From: a virus
Taxonomy: Duplodnaviria; Caudoviricetes
DNA length: 61,943 nt
Virus record (IMG/VR): IMGVR_UViG_3300025120_000046
Coordinates: 1 to 61,943 of that record
Reading direction: 5' to 3' (one strand)
Shown piece after piece: positions 21,801 through 29,574 of this stretch (the first letter of the stretch is position 1; each line of letters begins with the position of its first letter). The notes beneath the pieces were generated by a model. It was not told where the DNA came from. It worked only from the letters and a program-made list of their open reading frames with translations, and ran no database searches. A program made the translations under genes and the position numbers.

Positions 21801-23730
21801 TTCAGGTATTGTAATTAGAGTAGATACAGTTGTTGGATCCGGTGGTATTGCTACATTTACTATAATAGATGGAGGTAGTGGAAATACTAATGGAGATGAA
21901 ATTGAAACTAACAAAGGTAGTAATGAGGCTATGTTTTTAGTTACAGGAATAGCAACAGCCCAAAATGGTATATATTCATCTTCATTTGCTAATTCACAAT
22001 TTATATCATTTAATCCTACAGCACCAGATGAAACTAGTTTTTATAATACAGCATTTAATCCATTAATTAATAATGCATCTTCAAGTGTTAAAAACACTTA
22101 CATTATGAAGGTTGAATATGATGATGGTGAAGCAATACCATCAAATATTTTACCTATTATTAGTAGAACAGCTGAGAAAGCTCAAATACCAGATAGTAAT
22201 TATACTACAACTAGAATAATTAACCCTAGATATGTAGGTAGTAGATTACAAAGTGCTGATTACAATAATTATACTCCTGCAACATCAAGTATTACATTTT
22301 TAAATGCATTAAGTGGAAGTGCAGAATCACAATCAGCTTGGAATGGGGATGATAGCTATGCTAATCAAGCAGTAATTAATAAAAACCCAATTTATTTTGC
22401 CCATTTCAAATCATCATTTAATAATTTAAATCTTCCTGGAACTTATACATTTGAAATTGATTCATTAATTTTATCACCTTCATCAAGTGTTCAAGGTGAA
22501 AAAGCACCACAAACACCAGTAGTAATTAAAGTAGATGGTAGTGGAAACGCACTAACTGAAGTTAGAAGTACATTTGAAGTAGATAGAAAAGTAGCAGTAA
22601 CATACGATTCTTTAAAATTTGCTAGTGTAAATTATGCTAAATTAAAAACTGGGGATAATGTTATATTTCAAGGAGCTTTAGAAATGTTAACAGTGGGAGC
22701 TTCAACAACAGGAGAAGAAGGACCTATAGATCAATTTAGATACCCAACATTTACACCAACTATGTCGTTTAATTCATCAAGTTGGGTTGATGGAGGAGGT
22801 TCAGCAACTAATTATACTGAAGTATCTGCATCTTTAAAAGTTTTTGGTATTAATACAAATGATGGGTATTTAGCGACAGGGAGTAAATGTTTATTTTTAA
22901 GAGGATCTGGTGGTTTTATGTCAGCACCATTTAGAAATGATGGAAATGGTGTTCAATATGTAAGTGGTCCTGGATTAGCTATAATAAATAGTATGAATCA
23001 TTGTGTAAGCCAATCTCTTACTGGATCCATAGTTGTTCAAGAATCTGAAAATAGAATTATACCAGGAATTCCTCAGTCATTGTCTCAATCATTTTCAGAA
23101 AACCCAGGTTTAAATGAAAAGGGTATTTATTATTGGAGTCAAAACTTTACAGGTAGTAATTTAGGTGGTTATCGTGCCTCAGAAGGAGCTATACCATTTT
23201 TAATAAAAAAGAATGATGAAATAGAATGTACTTTTGTAAATAATACACAACTAGCAGCAACAGATGGAAAAAATTATGAAACAGTAACATTTATTGTGAC
23301 ATCCATAAGTGGGTCAGTCCCAGGTGATTCCGAAGGTCCACCTACGGCACCTGTAGAAGGAGAATTTTCTGGTTCATATTGCAACTCTACGGTATGTTTT
23401 CAAGCTAAACCTATGGCAACAGCAGCAGGTGTTACTAACATTAGAAATAAAATTAATGTATACCCAGACCCATCAACCTATAATATAGTTGGGGGATTAA
23501 TAGGTTCATTTACAATTAGAAGAAGAGTAAATGCTGATGATAGGGTAATTGTTTATCAAACCGCACCTATAAATACTGGAATAGGTGAAACAACAGGATC
23601 AGGTGGTGGGTTCTTAATACCAAATGACTTTTCACCTCAACAAAAAAGAAATGCTTTAACATTAATTAACCAACTAAAACAGAAAAATGCATTTAGGGAT
23701 GATTCAGAATTACCAGATCCAGTTAAATAA
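15820..23730 (+). CDS. Giant baseplate/tail structural protein (gp7-like wedge initiator with accessory domains)
   Basis: 2636 aa; YLTKKKGTISGLRQLINIWG (gp7/P2 gpI-like KG(T/S) motif), LamG-like segment (FSGSFQEFRYY), GGIATFTIIDGGSG repeat unit. Confidence 0.65.
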   Translation: MKYNESLRKEKSRKEKEIELGYSPIMVTTSSIELSNPVQQLEVSDVTNNNENIIPVSASCTPVNPSTLSSDGFELQDQEIIPSENITGSFTPGKNLVEFFVYDADKNLSSVNYNFTNWTTGKEPGNELLSGSVEEPPTSSITNAISLDPALNAYNLGFDTGQVFTSYNFVNYELGSSIEETFYISEISGDRTEIAIKSNFISSSVALSGYLSLKNQLETATNFDEFYISLFNNDYQIAINIDIISEDTDDPTILIKLYDALPPQFSTKDELYVVTKVGESVAYKINFVEDVQLFIDNANYIKGPNINISLQDLVNNSTTLKSREDLLNTNATSSLNNVLNILNQKGVAITPNYSYNTYSEFVNFSSAKERVNNFYEKVSQIQAYEADITSIQTTVASNPGVSAISQSLASLQTNITNLIENFDGYETYLYYNTSSLYAYPKNTGSGTSYPYDLLSTSSAEVLTWLGSDVENNQYYGGIINSASIYDENNQNWLYYTIPQYIIDNSDNVNYLTFANMVGQSFDEVWIYTKALSERYNTTNDPDSGLPLDLAADAIEGLGFQTFGNNYDNQDNFIGLAGYNDGVYTPPTGSELITKYIAVNSGSIINYWDPEYSFADYVESVTEAAFPYAIDKVSKEIYKRLYHNMAYLTKKKGTISGLRQLINIWGIPNTILRINEFGGKNRDNSNDYDLWYNRFSYAYTPVATQYLASSSILVPWQPLYRNYLTDINEAGDNEFIVPDGVGVRFKTTGFPSSSYAGTFYSQSILAKKSNTTKNSAVDWAISLQYDNQPSGSYSGSSFSDYYEYGNLSFFLSGSESEGGTIQSEKIYLPFFNRGWWTVLLQRDTHASASNNSADVTYTLYAANNQYNGADGNTIGWTGSVSVSLNTPGASQSLNESWNKFSTGVNDGVYIGGYVSGSNVGVVKSGSGGTNGFQAITNGAGKIFSGSFQEFRYYSHAIGEEVFYDFVMNPESVEGNSITGSQSSFDIVNFRAPLGNELEQLYTSSGSNYYVTEISSSHPAVTGSAPSVITASFINPADFSLTSSYDWIVYDNTSTRTYSKPNYEVYQLDQPAIGIRNRVSNKIQDESGDAYGNVLSTQISIDQNYLISQSYTEDTNNLEVGFSPQDEVNDDIIATYGYGVISDAIADPRFVTSSDSYYPKLRETAEDYFKKYTEGNVWDYLRLIKYFDNSLFKAIKSYVPARTSVTTGVIIKQHMLERNRRPAIQITPNTTIAFSTSGSFVTQSTDTGATYGFGLYGVANYGTEGEIARWGANTLNVHNVFQNLELNANIPLGSYSGTIQTFTGGHAFKSPPVDFTHFTSSGAVSITGSTSLIPLSNSGSFFYSSSVATEPSTELDLFNFIQAGFQMTGSATRITMDLNNTYIQSPNDAEEYNPGSCFIETTKHIKSKVQWNLSRVADGSDPALKFQITSSERGVIFNRTLTTVGNVSTIEYTSSYMEFFPGEQLYFNFIGGDQGQVYTNTFLRFGDLKDENSGSIGKFIGDSVSQQGYFEKNETISGSVLEWNGTQEQLYNGEYSGSVITATTQSLLNNPFALAPPPDTTYHLIIDQDNGLADPISTTELFGMRMLIFEYDSAQSAMEQIETDFAPYLSTEYTGAIAIKQADLTGVNHFIYAMVMPMRVIRNPSSPSSADLALVNGEFRSDLSVPFPNISPDENMAYSTWTQPVYDTATNTFEYGFNQINPLIKWSQMPVTTGGWEFLDTGLLGNLNSGILHSGYFGRTRIVERYFGSPSGLKTNPPAGTEKFVMYKFPGAESNKGRPIRLAEVGTGTAPGNAGTPTSFRNLVSNGTGTEKGVALTFNYSKFATKQQNFLNTIATASYGPGTGSLFLLGTSFTSSYFHDIGNWVPSALVFNKNSIDSQGNLINNESTLLNENVDFAFNLNVSQSGRPFLDSTNVLGSRFVQSLNQLNGVISSNDNSMIGYSYVANSMGVNGTRVLSGSAAGYVSTAVSSMNLDDDGGGFSVGQTYTTINNNTGVDSGIVIRVDTVVGSGGIATFTIIDGGSGNTNGDEIETNKGSNEAMFLVTGIATAQNGIYSSSFANSQFISFNPTAPDETSFYNTAFNPLINNASSSVKNTYIMKVEYDDGEAIPSNILPIISRTAEKAQIPDSNYTTTRIINPRYVGSRLQSADYNNYTPATSSITFLNALSGSAESQSAWNGDDSYANQAVINKNPIYFAHFKSSFNNLNLPGTYTFEIDSLILSPSSSVQGEKAPQTPVVIKVDGSGNALTEVRSTFEVDRKVAVTYDSLKFASVNYAKLKTGDNVIFQGALEMLTVGASTTGEEGPIDQFRYPTFTPTMSFNSSSWVDGGGSATNYTEVSASLKVFGINTNDGYLATGSKCLFLRGSGGFMSAPFRNDGNGVQYVSGPGLAIINSMNHCVSQSLTGSIVVQESENRIIPGIPQSLSQSFSENPGLNEKGIYYWSQNFTGSNLGGYRASEGAIPFLIKKNDEIECTFVNNTQLAATDGKNYETVTFIVTSISGSVPGDSEGPPTAPVEGEFSGSYCNSTVCFQAKPMATAAGVTNIRNKINVYPDPSTYNIVGGLIGSFTIRRRVNADDRVIVYQTAPINTGIGETTGSGGGFLIPNDFSPQQKRNALTLINQLKQKNAFRDDSELPDPVK

Positions 23731-23810
23731 TCACTTAAATCAATAAATTTAAATTATAACTTGGAGTAGAAACTAAAAAATTATATATTTATAACTAAAA
23801 CACATTTAAT

Positions 23811-24479
23811 ATGGGATATTTAAATAATCAGGTAGTAACAGTAGATGCTATCTTAACAACAAAAGGAAGGGAACTCTTGGCAAGAGGAGATGGTTCTTTT
23901 AATATAACACAATTTGCTTTATCTGATGATGAAATCGATTATACTTTATATAATCCAACCAACCCATCAGGATCAGCTTACTATGGAGAAGCTATTCAAA
24001 ATATGCCCCTATTAGAAGCATTTCCTGATGAAGGACAAATGTTAAAGTATAAATTAGCAACTCTTCCTAGAGACACAGCTAAAATGCCAGTACTTGACAT
24101 TGGTTTAGGTTTAGTTAAATTAGCTCAAACAGCTCAAACTACAATTAATCCACAAACATTAAATTATTTAGGTAATAATTCAGTTGTAGAATCATCAGGA
24201 TATGTATTTACATTAAGTAATGCAACACAATTTCAATCTATAGTAGGAGCAGGTATTGATACAGATGCTGCACTTACTTTAAATTCAACAACAACTAACG
24301 GAACAGATGTATCAAAAACAGTAATTGGAACTTCGCTTACATTAGTAGCAACAGGAATTAATACTTTATTTGGTACAGTAGGAACAGCTACATCTACATT
24401 ATATAGTTTATTAACTATAGTAGGTAGAGATTCAGGTGCAAGATTACAAGTTCCAATTAATATTACTAAAACATCATAA
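23811..24479 (+). CDS. Baseplate/tail structural protein
   Basis: DAILTTKGRELLA...ITQFALSDDEIDY, a tail-collar-like N-terminus; preceded by TATTTATA at 23786-23793. Confidence 0.6.
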   Translation: MGYLNNQVVTVDAILTTKGRELLARGDGSFNITQFALSDDEIDYTLYNPTNPSGSAYYGEAIQNMPLLEAFPDEGQMLKYKLATLPRDTAKMPVLDIGLGLVKLAQTAQTTINPQTLNYLGNNSVVESSGYVFTLSNATQFQSIVGAGIDTDAALTLNSTTTNGTDVSKTVIGTSLTLVATGINTLFGTVGTATSTLYSLLTIVGRDSGARLQVPINITKTS

Positions 24480-24490
24480 AAAAATAAACT

Positions 24491-25534
24491 ATGGCTGGAG
24501 CATTTCAAACATTAGACCCAAGAGATTTACTTATTAGTAATGAAAATGTTACCAATACGGTCTGGTTAAACAATTCACCTACAATAACGGCGTATTACAC
24601 ATCATCAGTTCAGGTAGCAAGTACAACAGGACAGTTTTATTATAATGTATTCTTCGGCCCTGCGGCAACAGGATCAGTTCAGTTTGCAATTACTTATTGT
24701 GATCAAGATGGTAGTGGAAGTTTACTATATAATCCGAATGTAAATCAATTTTCACCATCAAGAACAAATTATGGTCAATATAGATCATTAATTATTGGAG
24801 ATGAAGGTAATTCATTTGTATTTGGTAATCAATCAGCATCTTATTTTTATGCTTTACCTGTTGAAAGATCAGGATACAAAGAGGAATTACTTCCAGGAGT
24901 AATGACTTTATGTATATCAGGATCTGGAGCTAGTGATGAGTTATATCTTACAGATGATAGTAAATTAGGTGGAGCAGCTGTATTTTCAGAAGCAGGTAGA
25001 ATATATAATTTAGTATCAGGTTCAGCTGGAACTGTTTTTACAGGAGTAAATGCTAATGGTTGGACGGTAAATTCAGGATCATATGGTTGGTTTTTACCAG
25101 ATATTGGAACTGTATTATTAAATGGACCTGCATTACAAGGTACTTTTGCTGAAGGGGGTATTGCTTTAGCAACTACACGAAATTCCAATCAGGCTGATAA
25201 CAACCCAGAAAAATTATTTAATAGATTAAATTTAGGAGGAGCAGCAGCAACATCCCCTGGTTGGACTTTAAACTCAAACGAACAATTATCATCTGATTTT
25301 GTATTTGTTAGAGCAAGAAGTGATGAATTTAATTACTCAACTAACCCATCATTTATTTCAGGTTCTACAGGAGCTGTTTTATTTGATTCATTTATTAACG
25401 ACCCACAAGTGTATATTACTTCAGTAGGTCTTTATAATAATAATCAAGAATTAGTAGCAGTAGCTAAATTATCTAGACCATTATTAAAAGATTTTACTAA
25501 GGAATTACTTGTAAGAGTTAAGTTAGACTTCTAA
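24491..25534 (+). CDS. Tail/baseplate protein (paralog of next gene)
   Basis: C-terminal FNYSTNPS...YITSVGLYNNNQELVAVAKLSRP. Confidence 0.6.
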   Translation: MAGAFQTLDPRDLLISNENVTNTVWLNNSPTITAYYTSSVQVASTTGQFYYNVFFGPAATGSVQFAITYCDQDGSGSLLYNPNVNQFSPSRTNYGQYRSLIIGDEGNSFVFGNQSASYFYALPVERSGYKEELLPGVMTLCISGSGASDELYLTDDSKLGGAAVFSEAGRIYNLVSGSAGTVFTGVNANGWTVNSGSYGWFLPDIGTVLLNGPALQGTFAEGGIALATTRNSNQADNNPEKLFNRLNLGGAAATSPGWTLNSNEQLSSDFVFVRARSDEFNYSTNPSFISGSTGAVLFDSFINDPQVYITSVGLYNNNQELVAVAKLSRPLLKDFTKELLVRVKLDF

Positions 25535-25537
25535 TGA

Positions 25538-26551
25538 ATGAGCGCATTCAAACAATTTACAACCAAGGACGTTACTGTAACGCCATTTATAGCAGATAAA
25601 GGATTTGATATTTCTGGTAGTAATATTACTGCCTCTGAATTTGGTATAAATGTATATTATGGAGCAAATGAAACTGTAGGCACATCTACTTATGATGCAA
25701 CAACGGGATTCGTTTTTACATCATCTCAAGGAAATATCTATAATAGTGCTAAACATCTTTATTACACAAATTTTTTAACCCAAAGTACAGGTGATTTTGC
25801 AACAACACAAAGTGTAATTCCTGGGGCAATGAGGGAAGATGATTATTTTTATGGTCCTATTATAGCACCAAGATTTGAAAATTATTTACAATCAACACTT
25901 ACCCAATCTAGATTTTTCCCTACAGGTTCTGGTGCTGCGGGAGTGATTTCTACATTTTCATTACCCCAAAAATTATTTGGTGAAAAAATAATGCCTTATA
26001 CTTTTAAACTCCAATATACAAAATCAGGTACTTTTCCAACTGGACTTCTTATAGAAGATGATGGCGAAGGAAATCTTATAAGTAGTTCAATTAGCTCATC
26101 AGGTGGAGATTTAAATACAAGTTTAATTGTAGGTCAAATATTTTATTCTCAAGGTATAGCTGTATTTACTACTGGAAGTAATAATGGTAGTATTTTAGCA
26201 GGTTTAGGTAAATTTTTGGGTACAACCCAAGGTGCAACCCCAGATCTAGATAATTTAAGAATTCAATTTTCTTCATCATTAACAATATTTGAACAACAAT
26301 ATAAATGTACAATTTTAGAAAATGAGTTTGGATACTCAACTAATCCATCGTTACTTACTAACGGAGGTGGAACTGGAAGTTTAAATGTTGAATATTATCC
26401 GTTTGTTACAGCATCATACTTCACCCCATATGTTACTAGTGTTGGATTATATAATGAAAACACTGAATTAGTAGCGGTAGGAAAATTATCATTCCCAGTC
26501 CCAATTTCACAATTTACGGATACAACAATAATAGTCAATTTCGACGTATAA
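25538..26551 (+). CDS. Tail/baseplate protein (paralog of previous gene)
   Basis: C-terminal FGYSTNPS...YVTSVGLYNENTELVAVGKLSFP. Confidence 0.6.
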   Translation: MSAFKQFTTKDVTVTPFIADKGFDISGSNITASEFGINVYYGANETVGTSTYDATTGFVFTSSQGNIYNSAKHLYYTNFLTQSTGDFATTQSVIPGAMREDDYFYGPIIAPRFENYLQSTLTQSRFFPTGSGAAGVISTFSLPQKLFGEKIMPYTFKLQYTKSGTFPTGLLIEDDGEGNLISSSISSSGGDLNTSLIVGQIFYSQGIAVFTTGSNNGSILAGLGKFLGTTQGATPDLDNLRIQFSSSLTIFEQQYKCTILENEFGYSTNPSLLTNGGGTGSLNVEYYPFVTASYFTPYVTSVGLYNENTELVAVGKLSFPVPISQFTDTTIIVNFDV

Positions 26552-27000
26552 TGAACAATTGGACATATCAAAATCAGGAAGTAGATACAGTATCTGACTT
26601 TCCTGATAATACTTATGGATTTGTATACTCTATAACTCATTTACCTACAGGTAAAAGATATATAGGTAAAAAAATATTATTCTTTACAAGAAAAGTAAAA
26701 CTTACAAAAAAAGATTTACTAGAATATAAAGGAGTAATAGGTAGAAGACCTTCATATAAGCTAGCAGTTAAAGAATCAGATTGGAAAACATATTGGGGAT
26801 CTAATAAAGAAATGTTAGATCTTGTAAAATCTGAACCTGATGAAAATTGGGAAAGAGAAATACTAGAATCAGCATCCACCAAAAAACTATTAACTTACTA
26901 TGAAACAAAATATCAAATGGTTTATCAAGTATTAGAAAAACCAGATGAATTTTGGAATGATAATATTTTAGGTAAATTTTACACTAAAGATTTCCAATAG
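26551..27000 (+). CDS. GIY-YIG family endonuclease (T4 DenA/EndoII-like)
   Basis: YGFVYSIT...KRYIGKK, WKTYWGS, YYETK, NDNILGKF. Confidence 0.8.
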   Translation: MNNWTYQNQEVDTVSDFPDNTYGFVYSITHLPTGKRYIGKKILFFTRKVKLTKKDLLEYKGVIGRRPSYKLAVKESDWKTYWGSNKEMLDLVKSEPDENWEREILESASTKKLLTYYETKYQMVYQVLEKPDEFWNDNILGKFYTKDFQ

Positions 27001-27006
27001 TATAGC

Positions 27007-27037
27007 TTTGATGTCTAAAATTAGTTTTGTATATTGA
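27007..27037 (+). promoter_or_regulatory. Bacteroidota-type promoter
   Basis: TTTG-N19-TATATTGA upstream of primase. Confidence 0.55.
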
Positions 27038-27043
27038 TGGAAC

Positions 27044-27979
27044 ATGGTAAACGAACTATTAATTAATCTAGTAAATTCAGTACTAGGATCTGGTAAACGT
27101 ACTGCACGAGGCAACCAAGCTCATACTTGTCCTTATTGCAACCACCATAAACCTAAATTAGAAATAAATTTTTCCGAGAATAAAAAAGGTTATAACCCAT
27201 GGCATTGTTGGGTGTGTAATAAAAAAGGTACTAGAATCTCCTCTTTATTTAAAATGGTTAAAGCATCATCTGAAAAATTTGATGAATTGTTTAAATTAAT
27301 AGGTAATGAAAAAGAATACAAAGCTAAAGATAGTACTAAAATTCAATTAAAATTACCTGAGGAACTTAAACAATTTTCAGATATTACTACATCAAATATT
27401 GAAGGTAGACGTGCTTTATCTTATTTAAAAAATAGAGGTATTACTGATGATGATATAATTAAATATAATTTAGGATATTGTACATCTGGTAGATACCAAA
27501 ATATGATTATTATTCCTTCATATGATGGGAATGGTCATTTAAATTATTTTACGGGTAGATCATTTGAAAAAGATCCATATATTAAATACCGTAATCCAGA
27601 AACATCAAGAGATATAATTCCATTTGAATTATTTATTAATTGGGACTTACCATTAGTATTATGTGAAGGACCTTTTGATGCAATAGCAATTAAACGTAAT
27701 GCTATACCTTTATTAGGTAAAAATTTACAACAAAATTTATTAATGAAAATAGTAAGATCAACAGTAGAGAAAATATATATTGCTCTAGATTCTGATGCTA
27801 GAAAGCAAGCACTAAAGTTTGCTGAACAGTTTATGGATGAAGGAAAGGAAGTCTACTTAGTAGAACTCGAAGGGAAAGACCCTAGTGAAATGGGATTTAC
27901 CTATTTTACAAATTTAATCCAAAGTACATTTCCATTAACACAATATGATTTAATGGAAAAAAAATTACAACTAGTATGA
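27044..27979 (+). CDS. dnaG: DNA primase (Zn finger + TOPRIM)
   Basis: CPYCNHH...WHCWVC, YLKNRG, LCEGPFDA, IALDSDA, KDPSE. Confidence 0.9.
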   Translation: MVNELLINLVNSVLGSGKRTARGNQAHTCPYCNHHKPKLEINFSENKKGYNPWHCWVCNKKGTRISSLFKMVKASSEKFDELFKLIGNEKEYKAKDSTKIQLKLPEELKQFSDITTSNIEGRRALSYLKNRGITDDDIIKYNLGYCTSGRYQNMIIIPSYDGNGHLNYFTGRSFEKDPYIKYRNPETSRDIIPFELFINWDLPLVLCEGPFDAIAIKRNAIPLLGKNLQQNLLMKIVRSTVEKIYIALDSDARKQALKFAEQFMDEGKEVYLVELEGKDPSEMGFTYFTNLIQSTFPLTQYDLMEKKLQLV

Positions 27980-28749
27980 GTAAAAAGAATATTAAAAAGT
28001 CCTATAATAGGATTTTAGAAATCAGTGAGGATGCAAAGCAAATCACACTACCAGATTCAAGGTATTATAGACGAAATGGGAAATATTACCCATCAATTAC
28101 CTATGTACTACAATATTACCCAAAAGGCAAATTTTTCCAAGAATGGTTAAAAAAAGTTGGTTATAGTGCTGATTGGATAGTTAAAAAAGCAGGTGAAGAA
28201 GGTACTTTAGTACATGAAATGTGTGAAGATTATCTTAATGGGAAAGAATTAAATTTCTTATCACCAAGTGGTAATCCAATGTATAACCCATTAGTATGGC
28301 AAATGTTTTTAAGATTTGTTGATTGGTGGGAAACTTACAACCCAAAATTAATTGAAACTGAAGTACACATATTTTCAGATGAATTAAAAGTAGCAGGTAC
28401 TTGTGATATGGTATGTGAAATTGGTGGTGAGCTATGGATTATTGATTTTAAAACATCTAACCATTTACAAACAACATATGATTTACAAACTGCAGTTTAT
28501 GGTAAATGTTATGAAGAATGTTATGGTAAAACTCCTGATCGTTATGGTGTGTTATGGTTAAAATCTTCTAAAAGAGGTCCTAAAGAAGGTGCAATGCAAG
28601 GTAAAGGATGGGAAATGTATGAATCAAAACGTACACAAGAAGAAAATATTGACATTTTTAACACAGTTAAAAAATTATTTGATTTAGAAAACCCAAGACA
28701 CAAACCAGTATTTACTGAATTTAGAACTACAGCTAAACGAAATTTGTGA
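27976..28749 (+). CDS. PD-(D/E)XK exonuclease
   Basis: YPSITYVL, GTLVHE, AGTCD, IIDFKTS, LQTAVY. Confidence 0.85.
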   Translation: MSKKNIKKSYNRILEISEDAKQITLPDSRYYRRNGKYYPSITYVLQYYPKGKFFQEWLKKVGYSADWIVKKAGEEGTLVHEMCEDYLNGKELNFLSPSGNPMYNPLVWQMFLRFVDWWETYNPKLIETEVHIFSDELKVAGTCDMVCEIGGELWIIDFKTSNHLQTTYDLQTAVYGKCYEECYGKTPDRYGVLWLKSSKRGPKEGAMQGKGWEMYESKRTQEENIDIFNTVKKLFDLENPRHKPVFTEFRTTAKRNL

Positions 28750-28773
28750 TATTTATAACAAAATATTCACTTT

Positions 28774-29574
28774 ATGATATCATTAGTAACATTATTGAAA
28801 GAAGCAACTGAAACCCCAAAAGCAATTATATTAGCTGGGGCACCAGGTGCTGGTAAAGGATATATATTAAAAGGTTTAGATTTAGGTGGTTTAAAAGTAT
28901 TAAATATTGATAATATTTTTGTTAACATGCTTAAAAAAGCAAATGTATCTTTAGATTTAAAAAACGCAACACCAGAAGAAAGAAGCCAACAAGCTAAATC
29001 TATGGCAGCTGCAAATAAAGAATTTAAAGGAGATGTTGCAAGTGTAATTTTAAATAAAGAATCATTTATATTAGATGGTACGGCTGCATCATTAAGAAAT
29101 ACTCTTAAGCTAAAAGATGAATTAAAGGAAGCAGGGTATGAAGTATTTATGCTTTATGTTTATACTGATTTAGAACGTTCATTAAGACAAAATCAAAATA
29201 GATTTGAAAAATCAGGTGGTGAAGATAGAAGTTTAGCACCTGCAATTGTATTACGTACTTGGAAAAATGTAACTGATAATTTACCTGAATATGCTAATGC
29301 ATTTGGTGATAATTTTGTAGCAGTTGCTAATACTTTAGAAGGTCAAAAAATTGGAGATATAGAAAAAATAGTTCAAAAATACCTTAATCCATTCAAACCA
29401 GAAGGTACTAAACCTAAAACACCAGCTCAACAAAAAAAATCTGACGAACAAAAAGCAGAATTAAATGCTGAAATTCAAGATATGTTAAGTGATGAATTTT
29501 TATATGATGTAATTGAATACACTATGTCTAAAGAAGAAGCACAAATGAGATTAAAACAATTTTTAAATGGGTAA
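28774..29574 (+). CDS. Zeta-toxin-like / AAA_33 P-loop kinase, late-expressed
   Basis: ILAGAPGAGKG Walker A, FILDGT, SLRQNQNR; TATTTATA at 28750-28757; leader MISLVTLLKE. Confidence 0.75.
   Translation: MISLVTLLKEATETPKAIILAGAPGAGKGYILKGLDLGGLKVLNIDNIFVNMLKKANVSLDLKNATPEERSQQAKSMAAANKEFKGDVASVILNKESFILDGTAASLRNTLKLKDELKEAGYEVFMLYVYTDLERSLRQNQNRFEKSGGEDRSLAPAIVLRTWKNVTDNLPEYANAFGDNFVAVANTLEGQKIGDIEKIVQKYLNPFKPEGTKPKTPAQQKKSDEQKAELNAEIQDMLSDEFLYDVIEYTMSKEEAQMRLKQFLNG

Noticed and set aside
27976-28749. Cas4 / CRISPR adaptation gene
   Set aside because: Lacks the Cas4 four-Cys cluster arrangement and there is no array; it is a typical phage exonuclease next to primase.
28774-29574. Epsilon-Zeta toxin-antitoxin module
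   Set aside because: No adjacent antitoxin-like gene; late promoter, leader peptide and overlap with the NTase gene suggest a different role.
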